Below, one piece after another: positions 1-9,600 of a DNA stretch of 46,334 nucleotides. The first letter of the stretch is position 1. Every line of letters starts with the position of its first letter. The stretch is from a virus. Its lineage: Duplodnaviria; Caudoviricetes. The notes beneath the pieces are model-generated. The model was not told the origin of the DNA. It searched no databases and worked only from the letters and a program-made list of their open reading frames with translations. The position numbers were made by a program, and so were the translations under genes. The stretch is from positions 1 through 46,334 of the IMG/VR virus record IMGVR_UViG_3300027772_000043; one strand, written 5' to 3'.

Positions 1-175
1 TACCGTATAGCTTTGGCATCAATTGCCTCCTTATCCTTGAATAATTCCCACGCTATCTCCACCTAGTGGATCGTAGGTTAAACTAAAGTTATCTACTGTA
101 TTTCCCGCTCCAGGACTTGCAGACCCTAGCGTGCCGATTATAATACCATGACCTACGGCAGACTGCCAGTCGCTA
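1..175. repeat. Imperfect terminal direct repeat, left copy (matches 46160..46334)
   Basis: Ungapped manual alignment at offset 46159 with about 20 mismatches in 175 nt. Confidence 0.9.
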
Positions 176-1206
176 ACCCCAGAGGCTGTCACCCCAGTGT
201 CTGACACTGAAGTTGTTCCTGTTCCGTCTGTGTACCCAAGCACCCGAAATGTTGCCGAACTTGTAATTACCCTCATATTGCTAAAATAACCGCTGCTGCT
301 TCCTAGGTCAGCGTAGAAAAGGTTGGTAACGTTTGTAGCACTACCCCCTACTATTCGGTCTACTCGCAGGTAGTATTCGTAGCCGTAGTTATTTGTCGTG
401 GTACTTCCGCAGATATTGCAACTGGTTCCGCTCGCTGCGGCGTTGTAGTTTGTTGTGCATCCGCTACAAACTGCCGAGCAGTTCCTGTTAGAACGTCCCG
501 TACTTCCACAACTCCCACCGCAGGTTGTTGAAGAATAACTACATGTAGCACTGCCGCATTTCCTGCTTGTTGAGGAACCTGAGCAAGAAGTTGAACAACT
601 GGTGCTTCCAGAATTCGTACTTCCGCAACTAACTTTATTTCCAGACCCTGAGCAGTTCATTGAAATTCCGCTAGTTACGCTAGTGCAAGATGACCCGCAA
701 GATGCATAGGTGTAAAGAAGATGCGTCCCATTTCCGCCAAGTTCTGCACATGTATACGATGCAGCACTGCATGATCCACTTGAGCAAGAACCACACCCGC
801 TGTAGTTTTGTTCTACGGCTGTGGAGGTTGATTTAGAACACCCTGAAATGTTGGCAACGTTGCACCCACCAAAAGAACAATCAGTACAACTGTTGCAGTT
901 AGTTGTCTGACTGGCAAGGTATCGGTTTGACCTGAGCCAAGCCATCCAAAAATTGGTAGAGTCTTTTACCCAGAATGCTATTCCTGCGCCATTTTGATTA
1001 TTTGTTGACATCAAAATATTAGCGTTGGGCTGACCATTGCTAATCCACGATGGCGATTCAGTAGTGCCGTTGTTCAGCGCAGTATTTGAGTTAATCTGCC
1101 AATTTGATGCGTTCTGCCAAGCCAGCGTAGCGCCAGTTTCCGTAGACCCCAGCGTGCCGACGGCAGTATCTGCGCGTGTGAATGTATCAGAAACTGTAAT
1201 AGCCAT
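31..1206 (-). CDS. Putative virion/fibre-tip protein: beta-sandwich (lectin-like) with a 24-Cys Ser/Thr/Gly-rich insert
   Basis: Last of the fibre-like genes; Cys-free N- and C-terminal halves (DTFTRAD...W..W; GHGI...DNF) flank a Cys-rich segment at 409..897. Confidence 0.6.
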   Translation of the reverse strand: MAITVSDTFTRADTAVGTLGSTETGATLAWQNASNWQINSNTALNNGTTESPSWISNGQPNANILMSTNNQNGAGIAFWVKDSTNFWMAWLRSNRYLASQTTNCNSCTDCSFGGCNVANISGCSKSTSTAVEQNYSGCGSCSSGSCSAASYTCAELGGNGTHLLYTYASCGSSCTSVTSGISMNCSGSGNKVSCGSTNSGSTSCSTSCSGSSTSRKCGSATCSYSSTTCGGSCGSTGRSNRNCSAVCSGCTTNYNAAASGTSCNICGSTTTNNYGYEYYLRVDRIVGGSATNVTNLFYADLGSSSGYFSNMRVITSSATFRVLGYTDGTGTTSVSDTGVTASGVSDWQSAVGHGIIIGTLGSASPGAGNTVDNFSLTYDPLGGDSVGIIQG

Positions 1207-2588
1207 TAGTAGGTTGCTTCAACAGTTACCGAAAGGTCAGCGCCAGATGATCCAGCGCTGACAATTTCAACTTGTAGTGTGTCGCCAACGGCAAGCGATG
1301 TAACCGTGGATAGAGAAGTTGTAACAACTGCAGCGCCCACTGAGGCACTGGTGTTGCCATTTGTTGCGCCGTTTTTTACGAGTCGGTATGTGACCGCAGA
1401 TCCGCCGCCCGCATATGCTAGGGCATTGACAAGTGTGCAAGCAACGGGGGAAATGAACCTCGGCTGCTTAACTCCAGTAGATAGAGTTCCAGCAATGTGA
1501 AATGAGATTGGAATTCTAAGCCCATCAATCTTTGTCTTGTCCGCCGCGCTCATAGAGCCAGCGACAGAGGTTGTTGCTGCCACGATTGTCAAAACGTTTG
1601 AGGTAAGGTCAAGCGGCGCGGTTGCAGTAATGGAACTTGCCCCAGTAAACTGGGTGTAGACTACGTTGTCTGTTCCAATTTTGATTGCGCCAACTGGAAC
1701 AGTTGAAGTCCCTACGGCGGTCATTACAAAGCCGTCGTTTGCGTTTGCCGTTCCGTTTAGACAGAAAACAAAGTCTCCAGCGTTCAACTCACCAGCAGGG
1801 CTGTTGTTTGCGTCGTCGGTTCGGGTAAGAACAAAAGGAGCAGCACCGCTACCAACGGTGGTAACCTTGTAGATTCCATTCTCCGTCTGAGTAGTTTGAT
1901 TTTTGACAAGAATTCGGTCGTTGAGCGCAGCGGAGTATGAGTCAATGCTGATTGCGCCATTAGAGGAGGCGGTTAGTGTCGCTCCGATGCCCAAGCCTCC
2001 GCTCGCATCTGAGGTTCCGTTTGCGTAGGTCGCAGAAAGGTTTGCCGTCGTTGCTGCCTTGACCGCTTCATGGGCGTGAATCCCAGCAGAAATGTTGTCC
2101 GCATACTGTTTTGTTACAGCGTGCATGGCGGTGCTGGGGTCTGTGCCAAGAGTAATCTGGTTAACAGCGGTGTCTCCGCTCGCGTCCCGTAACACGATGG
2201 TGCTTGCAGTCGCGGATGCCGTAGCAGTAGTTTGGTTGTTGAGGACGGTAAGGGTATTGCTGCTGCCGCTGATTGTTTTGTTGGTAAGAGTCTGAGTCTC
2301 TGAAGCGCCAACTACGGCTGTCACACCGTGAGTTGAAGTATCGCCTTCGTGAGTTGTGAGCGCGCCAGCGGCGGTAGCCTCAGCAGCAGACTGAGCGTTG
2401 TTTGCCTTTGTCGTTACGCCGCTAGGGGTGTCAAAAGAATATGACAATGATGTCCAAGTGCTTGAGCCGTTACCAATCTTGATTTTATCGTTTGTGGTAT
2501 CAAGACCAATTTCCCCACTGTTTAGGGTGGGGTTTACTGACGCCCAGTTTGCCGCTGTATCTCGTCGCAACTTGATAATATTTGCCAT
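1206..2588 (-). CDS. Fibre-like structural protein with Mtd_N/hyaluronidase-type N-terminal domain
   Basis: N-terminus IKLRRDTAANWASVNPTLNSGEIGLDTTNDKIKIGNG; central DRILVKNQTTQTENGIY segment typical of phage fibre/head-decoration proteins. Confidence 0.75.
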   Translation of the reverse strand: MANIIKLRRDTAANWASVNPTLNSGEIGLDTTNDKIKIGNGSSTWTSLSYSFDTPSGVTTKANNAQSAAEATAAGALTTHEGDTSTHGVTAVVGASETQTLTNKTISGSSNTLTVLNNQTTATASATASTIVLRDASGDTAVNQITLGTDPSTAMHAVTKQYADNISAGIHAHEAVKAATTANLSATYANGTSDASGGLGIGATLTASSNGAISIDSYSAALNDRILVKNQTTQTENGIYKVTTVGSGAAPFVLTRTDDANNSPAGELNAGDFVFCLNGTANANDGFVMTAVGTSTVPVGAIKIGTDNVVYTQFTGASSITATAPLDLTSNVLTIVAATTSVAGSMSAADKTKIDGLRIPISFHIAGTLSTGVKQPRFISPVACTLVNALAYAGGGSAVTYRLVKNGATNGNTSASVGAAVVTTSLSTVTSLAVGDTLQVEIVSAGSSGADLSVTVEATY

Positions 2589-2590
2589 GG

Positions 2591-3319
2591 CTACTTGAAC
2601 TCCTTCTTTGACCAGAATTGCACCTTGTAGGAATTAAAAATCCTAGTAAGGTGTTTTGAGGTCACTTTGTTCGCTTCTGTAATTTCTGCTTCTCCGCCTA
2701 TTTTCATCTCCCACGATTCTCTTTTGAATGGAATAACCTGAACCATTGGAGTCCCTGCTGGAATAAGACCAGTAAAGTTAGGGTCTATTAAAGTAAACGG
2801 CAAATTTATTTCTTGCGTGTAGGTGTCTGTGTCAACAACCGCAGGAAGGCAGTTAAAGTATCCATTTGAGTTGTGCATCGGAGAGACAATAAGAACAGAA
2901 TAGCCTTGGGGCGTTTTAATCATCCACGGATTGTTGAACTTTGGGACATCCTTGCTCTTGGGAACGGATGGATGTTTTCCTACCTGACCATGAGAGTGAC
3001 TTGTGACCTTAAAGCCGTGTCCGCGTGCAGCGTAGGTCTGGTCATGATCATTTTCTGGAACCTCCACCCACACATCTGAGGGTGTAAACAAAATATAGCC
3101 AGCCGTTATTGCATCTAATACTGGAACGCACTTTTTAATAGTTGCGTTTGGATCTCCGCTTTGGTCGGCTCTCTTTTCCAAGATCACAGATTCTTTGCTA
3201 TTCCCAAATCCGCCATACGACTGCATTTTTGTAAACCACTCTGGAATGTTTTGACTGGCTGGCTTTGGGTAAAACTCTGGGTCAACGTAATGCTTTGAAG
3301 TAAACGTTATGTTTTTCAT
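2591..3319 (-). CDS. Conserved phage protein, dUTPase-like fold (DUF6065-like)
   Basis: Motifs TIKKCVPVLDAITAGY, KFNNPWMIKTPQGYS, AVVDTD, IPAGTPMVQVIPFKR; canonical dUTPase motifs not evident. Confidence 0.55.
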   Translation of the reverse strand: MKNITFTSKHYVDPEFYPKPASQNIPEWFTKMQSYGGFGNSKESVILEKRADQSGDPNATIKKCVPVLDAITAGYILFTPSDVWVEVPENDHDQTYAARGHGFKVTSHSHGQVGKHPSVPKSKDVPKFNNPWMIKTPQGYSVLIVSPMHNSNGYFNCLPAVVDTDTYTQEINLPFTLIDPNFTGLIPAGTPMVQVIPFKRESWEMKIGGEAEITEANKVTSKHLTRIFNSYKVQFWSKKEFK

Positions 3320-3321
3320 TT

Positions 3322-4233
3322 TTATGCTCCCCCTCCGTCAATTGTGACGTTATTTGTGTCTCCCCATGCAGGGTCAGTCCCGTTTGTGGTAAGAAATTTA
3401 CCGCTGTGGCTTGTTTGAACTGGGAGAAGGGCATTGATCGCCTCCCCCACAGTGTCCTGACCAGTGCCTCCATACGCAATCCCGATTGTAGTTCCATTCC
3501 ATGTGCCAGCAGTAACCGTTCCAACAGATGTAAGCGAAGAGGAAACAACAGCGCTGCCAAGTGATGCTGCAGAAAGAACGTCAGTTCCATCAATTTTATA
3601 TGATGCACCAAGGCTTATATCAGCCCCCCCTGAAGTAACCGTAAGACCGTCGTAGAGCGAACTGCCGCCGTTTGCAGTTACCTGAATAACGGCTTTTGTT
3701 CCCCTGTTGCTATTTGTATGGTTCTCTGTGGCATCAAACTTTAGTGAACCACTGTTTGTGCTTGGAAAGTCGCTTGTTCCATATCCTAAAACGCTAACTT
3801 TTCCGAGCGTGTCTCCTGATTGAACTGCGCTTGGTGATGCCGCTGTTCCGCGACTTAGGCGAGTTGCAAAAGTACCGCTCACCCCAGTCCCGTGTGCGTC
3901 TACTAGTGCCGCCGTAGAACTTGAGTCTACGCCGACCGCATGGACTACTGCTCCTGTAACTCCGCCAATCCCAATCGGAGTTGAGGCGTTGTTGTCTACG
4001 GTAAGCGTCCCTCCCACCTTGGGATCTGTCAGTGTTTTGTTTGTAAGAGTTTGAGTCCCCGTGAGGGTGACATCGCCAGAACCAGCGCCGCTTGGAGCAA
4101 GGTCTACCCACGCACCACTGATGCGCGAGTAGACCTTGTTGTCTGTCGTGTCGTAGTAAACGTCTCCGTCTGCTGGGGCGGATGGAGCCGTAGCGTACTT
4201 TGGGAGATTTAATGACGCAGTAAACTTGGGCAT
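3322..4233 (-). CDS. Fibre-like structural protein
   Basis: G/T/S-rich; TQTLTNKTL motif, RGTAASPSAVQSGD motif, and SSLTSVGT..GTWNGT..I.YGGTG block shared with the upstream gene. Confidence 0.7.
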   Translation of the reverse strand: MPKFTASLNLPKYATAPSAPADGDVYYDTTDNKVYSRISGAWVDLAPSGAGSGDVTLTGTQTLTNKTLTDPKVGGTLTVDNNASTPIGIGGVTGAVVHAVGVDSSSTAALVDAHGTGVSGTFATRLSRGTAASPSAVQSGDTLGKVSVLGYGTSDFPSTNSGSLKFDATENHTNSNRGTKAVIQVTANGGSSLYDGLTVTSGGADISLGASYKIDGTDVLSAASLGSAVVSSSLTSVGTVTAGTWNGTTIGIAYGGTGQDTVGEAINALLPVQTSHSGKFLTTNGTDPAWGDTNNVTIDGGGA

Positions 4234-4251
4234 ATAAACCCCCCTTGGTTA

Positions 4252-5409
4252 TTAGCCGATTACGACGATACGGTAATCCCCAGCAACGCTGCACATTACG
4301 GTAATGGTGTTTGTTGTTGCGGTAACAACGTCAGCGATGACGTAGTTATCTGAAGAGTCGTATGCGCTAAACGTTACGTCCTTTGTTCCAAGGTTGTGCG
4401 TAATGGTCTTGGTCTCGCCAGCAGTCCACGTTCCCGTGAATGCATAGCGGGTCATGAAGCCAAGGTTTGTCTTAGCGCCAGCAGCAGTGCCAGAACCAGT
4501 ACCGCCGTCTGCGATAGCGATGTCAGTACCATTCCACACGCCTGTGGTAATCGTCCCAACTGACGTAAGGCTTGAGCCAGTTACCCCAGAGGCGAGCGTG
4601 GTTCCGCTAAGGACTTCCGTGCCATTTACCCTGTATACCTTGCCCGTGAGCAGGTTGAGGTCTTCAGATGAAGTCCACGAATCTGTGGCATCTACCCAGT
4701 TAAACGTCTTGTCGGTTGTACCCTTGAGGGTGATGCCGCCCCCGTCAGCGCCAGCATCCGTTGGGCTTGTGACAGATCCAAGTTCAATGTTCTTATCGTC
4801 AACCGCCACCGTTGTTGAGTTGACCGTTGTGGTTGTTCCGTTGACCGTAAGGTCGCCAGAAAGCACAAGGCTTGTACCTGTTGCTACCCCAATATTTGGC
4901 GTAACAAGGGTTGGGGTGTTGGCAAATACCAGAGCGCCAGTGCCAGTCTCGTCAGAGATGACGCCAGCAAGTTCTGCTGAGGTCGTCGCGGCAAAGACGC
5001 TCAGTTTGTCGGCTGAACTTGCCTTGCCAGCGGCAAGGTCATACGCGGACTTAACCGCAGTAGGCGTTGCGGCGAGGACGCTGCTGGTCGTAGAGGTTGA
5101 GTCGCTAAGGGTTACAGCGCCCTTGACGCTTGTTGTAGCGTCAGCAATGGAGATAGCGGGGGTCGTTCCGCCCGTTGAGGCGATTGCGCCAGTGCCAGTA
5201 ACCGCAGTGACAGTTCCGCCGCCGACTGAAAGAGCAGTCCAAGCAGCCCCGTTGTAGTACTTGAGAACATCAAGAGTCGTGTCGTAGGCGATCTGACCCT
5301 CAACCGCAGGGGAGATCGCGTTGATCTGTGTGGTTGTTAGGTTCTGGATTCGGGCGTTCTGGAGTTCGTTTTGACTGAGGTTAAGATTTGCGAGAAACTT
5401 CGTAGCCAT
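4252..5409 (-). CDS. Fibre-like structural protein
   Basis: Tail-fibre repeat ATTSVKGAVTLSDST..AATPTAVK, GDLTVNGTTTTVNS motif, C-terminal THNLGTKDV domain. Confidence 0.75.
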   Translation of the reverse strand: MATKFLANLNLSQNELQNARIQNLTTTQINAISPAVEGQIAYDTTLDVLKYYNGAAWTALSVGGGTVTAVTGTGAIASTGGTTPAISIADATTSVKGAVTLSDSTSTTSSVLAATPTAVKSAYDLAAGKASSADKLSVFAATTSAELAGVISDETGTGALVFANTPTLVTPNIGVATGTSLVLSGDLTVNGTTTTVNSTTVAVDDKNIELGSVTSPTDAGADGGGITLKGTTDKTFNWVDATDSWTSSEDLNLLTGKVYRVNGTEVLSGTTLASGVTGSSLTSVGTITTGVWNGTDIAIADGGTGSGTAAGAKTNLGFMTRYAFTGTWTAGETKTITHNLGTKDVTFSAYDSSDNYVIADVVTATTNTITVMCSVAGDYRIVVIG

Positions 5410-5418
5410 CGTATCTCC

Positions 5419-5790
5419 TTAATTCAACAATGCTTGCCCTGAGAAAGACCCAGAGAACGTCATGATTATACGGTTATTTGAGAAGTAATTGATTTCTCCA
5501 AAAACAAGACCGCCCGTGCTGTCAATCACCGACACCGAAGGGTAGGCGGCGAGGTTGTGGGTGATGTCCCAAACGCTCGCTGGCACATTTTGGTTGTAGA
5601 CAAAGGTGGCGTGTGAGACTCCAGCAGCCCCAGCAGCGCCCGTGGCTCCCGTAGCACCAGCGGCTCCAGCCACGCCCTGAGCGCCTACCGTGCTGATCGT
5701 TACCGACTGGGCAACTGGGGAGACGATAACCGTTTCATTCTGATCAACGATCTCAACGGTCTGGGTGTTCTGGGTTACGGTGACGCTCAT
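5419..5790 (-). CDS. Small structural protein with a short collagen-like stretch
   Basis: GAQGVAGAAGATGATGAAGAAG followed by WDITHNLAAYPSV domain. Confidence 0.65.
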   Translation of the reverse strand: MSVTVTQNTQTVEIVDQNETVIVSPVAQSVTISTVGAQGVAGAAGATGATGAAGAAGVSHATFVYNQNVPASVWDITHNLAAYPSVSVIDSTGGLVFGEINYFSNNRIIMTFSGSFSGQALLN

Positions 5791-6137
5791 CGCGTGACCT
5801 CTGGCGTGATGACTGCTCCTCCCTCAATGAGACGAGTCACTACCCCTCCAGAAGAGACCAATTCAAGATCGTAGACACCAGTCACTGGCGCTGTAAGCGC
5901 TGCGGTCTGAACTGCAGTAGCCGTCACCGTGATGGTTCCAGCCGCGCCGCCAAGCGCAATGCCGCTGTTGGCTGTCGTAAGCGAAAGCAAAACGGTATCG
6001 GAGGAATGATGCGTCCGAACCGACAGGCGAGCCGTATAACCCGTTAGGTTGATCGCCGTTCCCGACGAATCTTTCCAAGTTGCGACGAGTGAAAGCGTCG
6101 CCCCCTGCTCAATCCTAAGCGTGTATTCGCCAGCCAC
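5787..6137 (-). CDS. Virion structural protein (BppU-N-like Ig-fold adaptor)
   Basis: IEQGAT...INLTGYTARLSVR...GVYDLEL...RLIEG...TPEVTR pattern. Confidence 0.65.
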   Translation of the reverse strand: MAGEYTLRIEQGATLSLVATWKDSSGTAINLTGYTARLSVRTHHSSDTVLLSLTTANSGIALGGAAGTITVTATAVQTAALTAPVTGVYDLELVSSGGVVTRLIEGGAVITPEVTR

Positions 6138-6139
6138 TG

Positions 6140-6325
6140 TTACTTGCCCTGCTTAACAATCTTGCGACCAAACGAGGTCACAATAATAAGCGTGTCGCCA
6201 TCCTTGCGCTCTGCAAGAACAACTTCACCCTCTGCCAAGTCAAGATCAGCCTTCTTTGGCTGTTCCTTCACTGGCGCTACCTGTGGCTCCCGTGCCTCCG
6301 TTGCGATTTCCTTGTCTTTGGACAT
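6140..6325 (-). CDS. Small hypothetical protein
   Basis: ATG preceded by GGAG; same strand and tightly packed with neighbours. Confidence 0.6.
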   Translation of the reverse strand: MSKDKEIATEAREPQVAPVKEQPKKADLDLAEGEVVLAERKDGDTLIIVTSFGRKIVKQGK

Positions 6326-6683
6326 TTATGTTCTCCAATTCTTTGTTCTGTCTATTTTCCCAGTCTGGGTAAACGAGATCAATCACCTCCGCAATGGAGA
6401 TTTCCTTCCCGTTCAAAACCATGATAGCCGCCCTTCGGTTTCGGGTGTAGAACCAAGCAAGGCTTGCAATATAAAAGTTCCCAGCCTCATAAGAAATCGG
6501 CTTTAATGCCACCCAGTCGCGAACGCCGTAGCGGTTTAATTCGGTTAACAAAGCGCCCAGCCGCCCAGTAGCCCCAGCGTGCAGGGTGCATTCCTCCCCG
6601 TCCTGAGATCGCACCGTGCCGATCAACTCCCAGCCAGAATCAAGCAGGTCGTTATCTTGGTAGATCTGAATTTCTAGTTGCAT
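6246..6683 (-). CDS. Hypothetical protein; candidate immunity partner of the MuF kinase
   Basis: Starts 10 nt after the MuF fusion stop with an AGGAG RBS; function inferred from position only. Confidence 0.55.
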   Translation of the reverse strand: MQLEIQIYQDNDLLDSGWELIGTVRSQDGEECTLHAGATGRLGALLTELNRYGVRDWVALKPISYEAGNFYIASLAWFYTRNRRAAIMVLNGKEISIAEVIDLVYPDWENRQNKELENINVQRQGNRNGGTGATGSASEGTAKEG

Positions 6684-6693
6684 TTGGTCTCTC

Positions 6694-9600
6694 CTAGTTC
6701 TGCGGCTCGCCGCTCAATGGAAGAGCAGGGATCTGCCCTTCAATTCTGTTCGGGTCTTCCCTTACGCCAATAATTGGGCTTGTAATGTTTGCGTCCAGCA
6801 GCGACTGACCTTCGTCAAACGCGCCACGAATAGTGGCGTCAGCATTTGGCGACAGCGGGTTGTATTCAGCGCCCGCAAGAGTGTCCCAACCCATGAATTC
6901 CCCAGACCTAAGCATCCAGATCATTCGGTAGAAGAAACCCCTTGTCTTGCTCGCTCCAGCCAGAGTTGTGAGTCGGACATATAATTCGCTCCTGTTTGAC
7001 CAGAGCCTGAGCAGCACCTCCCTCGCCCTTGGGGTAAGGGCTACACCGCTTTGGCTTGTCATAAATGGAGACTCGTTTCCTCCCGCATAGTCCAGATGCA
7101 CCTCTGGATTTGGGAACGCAAGCCCGTTGTCAATTGGCACAATGTTGTACTTCTCCCATAGTGCGCCAGTTCGCTGTCTAGTAACTGGATCAATCGGGTA
7201 GCCATCGCTGTCAAATGCTGGCTGGGTTGCAGTTGGAATTGGAGCAATAAGATAGTTTCCACCGTGGCGGTCGGTGTTCCCGATCAAGGCTTCAAAGACA
7301 CTCATAAGGTCAAAGTTGTCCGCCGTTTGAGGATCTCTATTCCTTTGGCTGCTATGCCCGCTCGGAAAGCCCTCCAGCCAGTCCATAACCAGCGCGGTAT
7401 TTTCCCCAAGCGTTTCCGAACCAGCCCTAATGTCTGGGAGTTCCCTCAGATACGCTTGCGCCTTGCGAATAAACAATCCACCCAACTCGTCAACAACTTG
7501 CGCCGCCCTCTCAGACCAAAGGTCTGCATATTTACCGATTCCCCATCTACTACGAGGATCTGAGGCGTACATGCTGGAAAGGGATTTAATGATGAACTTG
7601 TGACCATCCCACTCCCCCCTCCAAGGTTTGTTGATGCTGCCAGAGCCTAGGGATTTCGGATTGTTTGGCGCAACAAGTTCTGTTGTCGTCACGCCCATAA
7701 TCGTCTGCTCTACGCCCTTCATGATGCCGTCAATTCGGTCGCGATATTGTTCAATCTCGCTCTGCAACTTGGCATCCGTGACGCCAAGGAATTTGTTCTT
7801 TGGGATAGCCTTGAGCGCAGCCTCAAGATCCTTGTCCAAGAGACTTAACGTTTCTTCATACAACTCATCAGAAACAGGCTTTATTGGCTTTCCCTTCGCC
7901 AAGATGCGGAGCCTCTGCTTCTCTGCCTCAATCGCTGAACGCTTTGCGCGGATGAGTTTGCGTGCTTTTGCCGCCCACTCTGCAGCCTTCATGCGCCCGC
8001 CAATAAGTTCAGCGTTATTTTGGTTCAGCGCATCAACAATTTGCTTTCTGGCAAGCGATTGACGCTCTAGTTGCAAGTTGACAAGATGGTCTCGCACAGC
8101 CTTTGCAACAAGGCGAAGTTTCTGTGGCGTGTATGGCGCGGCTTCATCATAATCCGCCTCTGGATTCCTTAGCCGACCATACTTTCTCCACTTAGACGCG
8201 ATAGCCATTCCAGCGCCGTCTGCTGGGATGTCGCTCATGCCGCGCCTTCCAAACTTAACCAATTTGCTGTTGATTGACGCGAGAACTGCAGGGATGAAAA
8301 CGTCTGCCTGATAATCTCCGCCAAGAATTGTCCCTGTTGGCAGTTCACCTTGCGCGTGGGCAACATAGACGTCAAGTATCCCTTCAAACTCTGGAGTTCC
8401 ACGCTGGTATCCAAGCGCTTCTACAATGGGCGCAATCCTTGCCCTGATGATGGCTTGTCGCTGCTCTGAGTGGTCTTTTGTCGCAGCAAGAATCAAATCG
8501 TAGGCTGCCTTAGCGTCTGGGCTTAGGCGAGTATCCCACTCGTATGCATCAAGAAGTTGCGTCGCCTCCCACAGTTCTGGAGTCATCTTTACCGTGCCAA
8601 ACGCATCTTCTGAAAGAACTGTCCCGTCGCTTGCGCCAGCGGGCATGTTCTTTGCCGCTTCGTCTGCAATGATCTCTAGCAGCGTTGCCTCAAGTTCATA
8701 CCAAGAAACGTCTACTGGCTTTGTCGTCCAAGAGGCATCCTTCTTGAGCATTTGACCCTTGAACGGAGCGAGAGAACCCATCAGTTGCCTCTGCTGGTCT
8801 GTTGTATATGCGCGAGAAAGGATTGCCCGCAAGATAAATGAAGGGTCTTGAACCATTCTGTTGACAAGATCCACTCTCGCGTCAACGGCAAGCGAGCGCT
8901 CCTTGTAGAAGACTCCCATCGCTTCAGGCGATGCGGTCGTCGGTGGCTGCTCTGGCATTGGGATGATCGTTTCAGCAAGAGCCGACAGATCTACAAAATC
9001 TATTGGTCTTGTTGCATAGCGACGATTAGTTGCGGATAGGGTGTCTAGAATTTTGGCATAGTGAGGGTTCCCTGCCAGTGCTGGGTTCTCTTTCATTCGC
9101 AGCGTTGCACCGTCAAAATCTCTTTTGTTCTCCCAAAACGGGCTTGCAACAACCTCTGATCCGTCTTGCAAGCGTGGAATGGCAAGGAGCGCCGCAATAA
9201 GAGGGTCGCTTTCGCTTGCCCCGCGCTCAACTGCAGCCCTTGCCACTGCTCGCAGCACATCCTCAAATTGGAGCGGGTCGTTAAGCGCGTCTCTCGCAAC
9301 TCCATCAGCGAGCAGGAGGGCTGACTTCTTTGCTGAAGACTGGAGTTCCTTTGCTAGACTGAGCGCGCTAAATGATGGCAACTCAGTCGCGCTTTGATCC
9401 TCAGTAACCCGAAGCCGACCAGAAACTCTTGGGGATTGTCTTGCATCCGACCTGAAGGAGAGCGTTCGGAACAGTCCAGCGTTGGCAAGACCAAGCAATT
9501 GATTGCCGACTGCGAGCCGCAGAATTTGCGTAAATCCAGCATCGCCCTGCATCGCAACCTCGTTGATCGCCCTAAACGGGAGGCTTGTGTCTTGAAGGAG

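Noticed and set aside
1-175. Diversity-generating retroelement (TR/VR pair) suggested by the imperfect repeat at a fibre C-terminus and an Mtd_N-like gene nearby
   Set aside because: Mismatches are not adenine-specific, are mostly synonymous and extend into the next gene, and no reverse transcriptase is present
4454-5257. Long plus-strand ORFs (also 26592..27344, 27737..28387, 44162..44758 and others)
   Set aside because: They are antisense shadows of well-supported minus-strand genes, with no RBS or recognisable motifs
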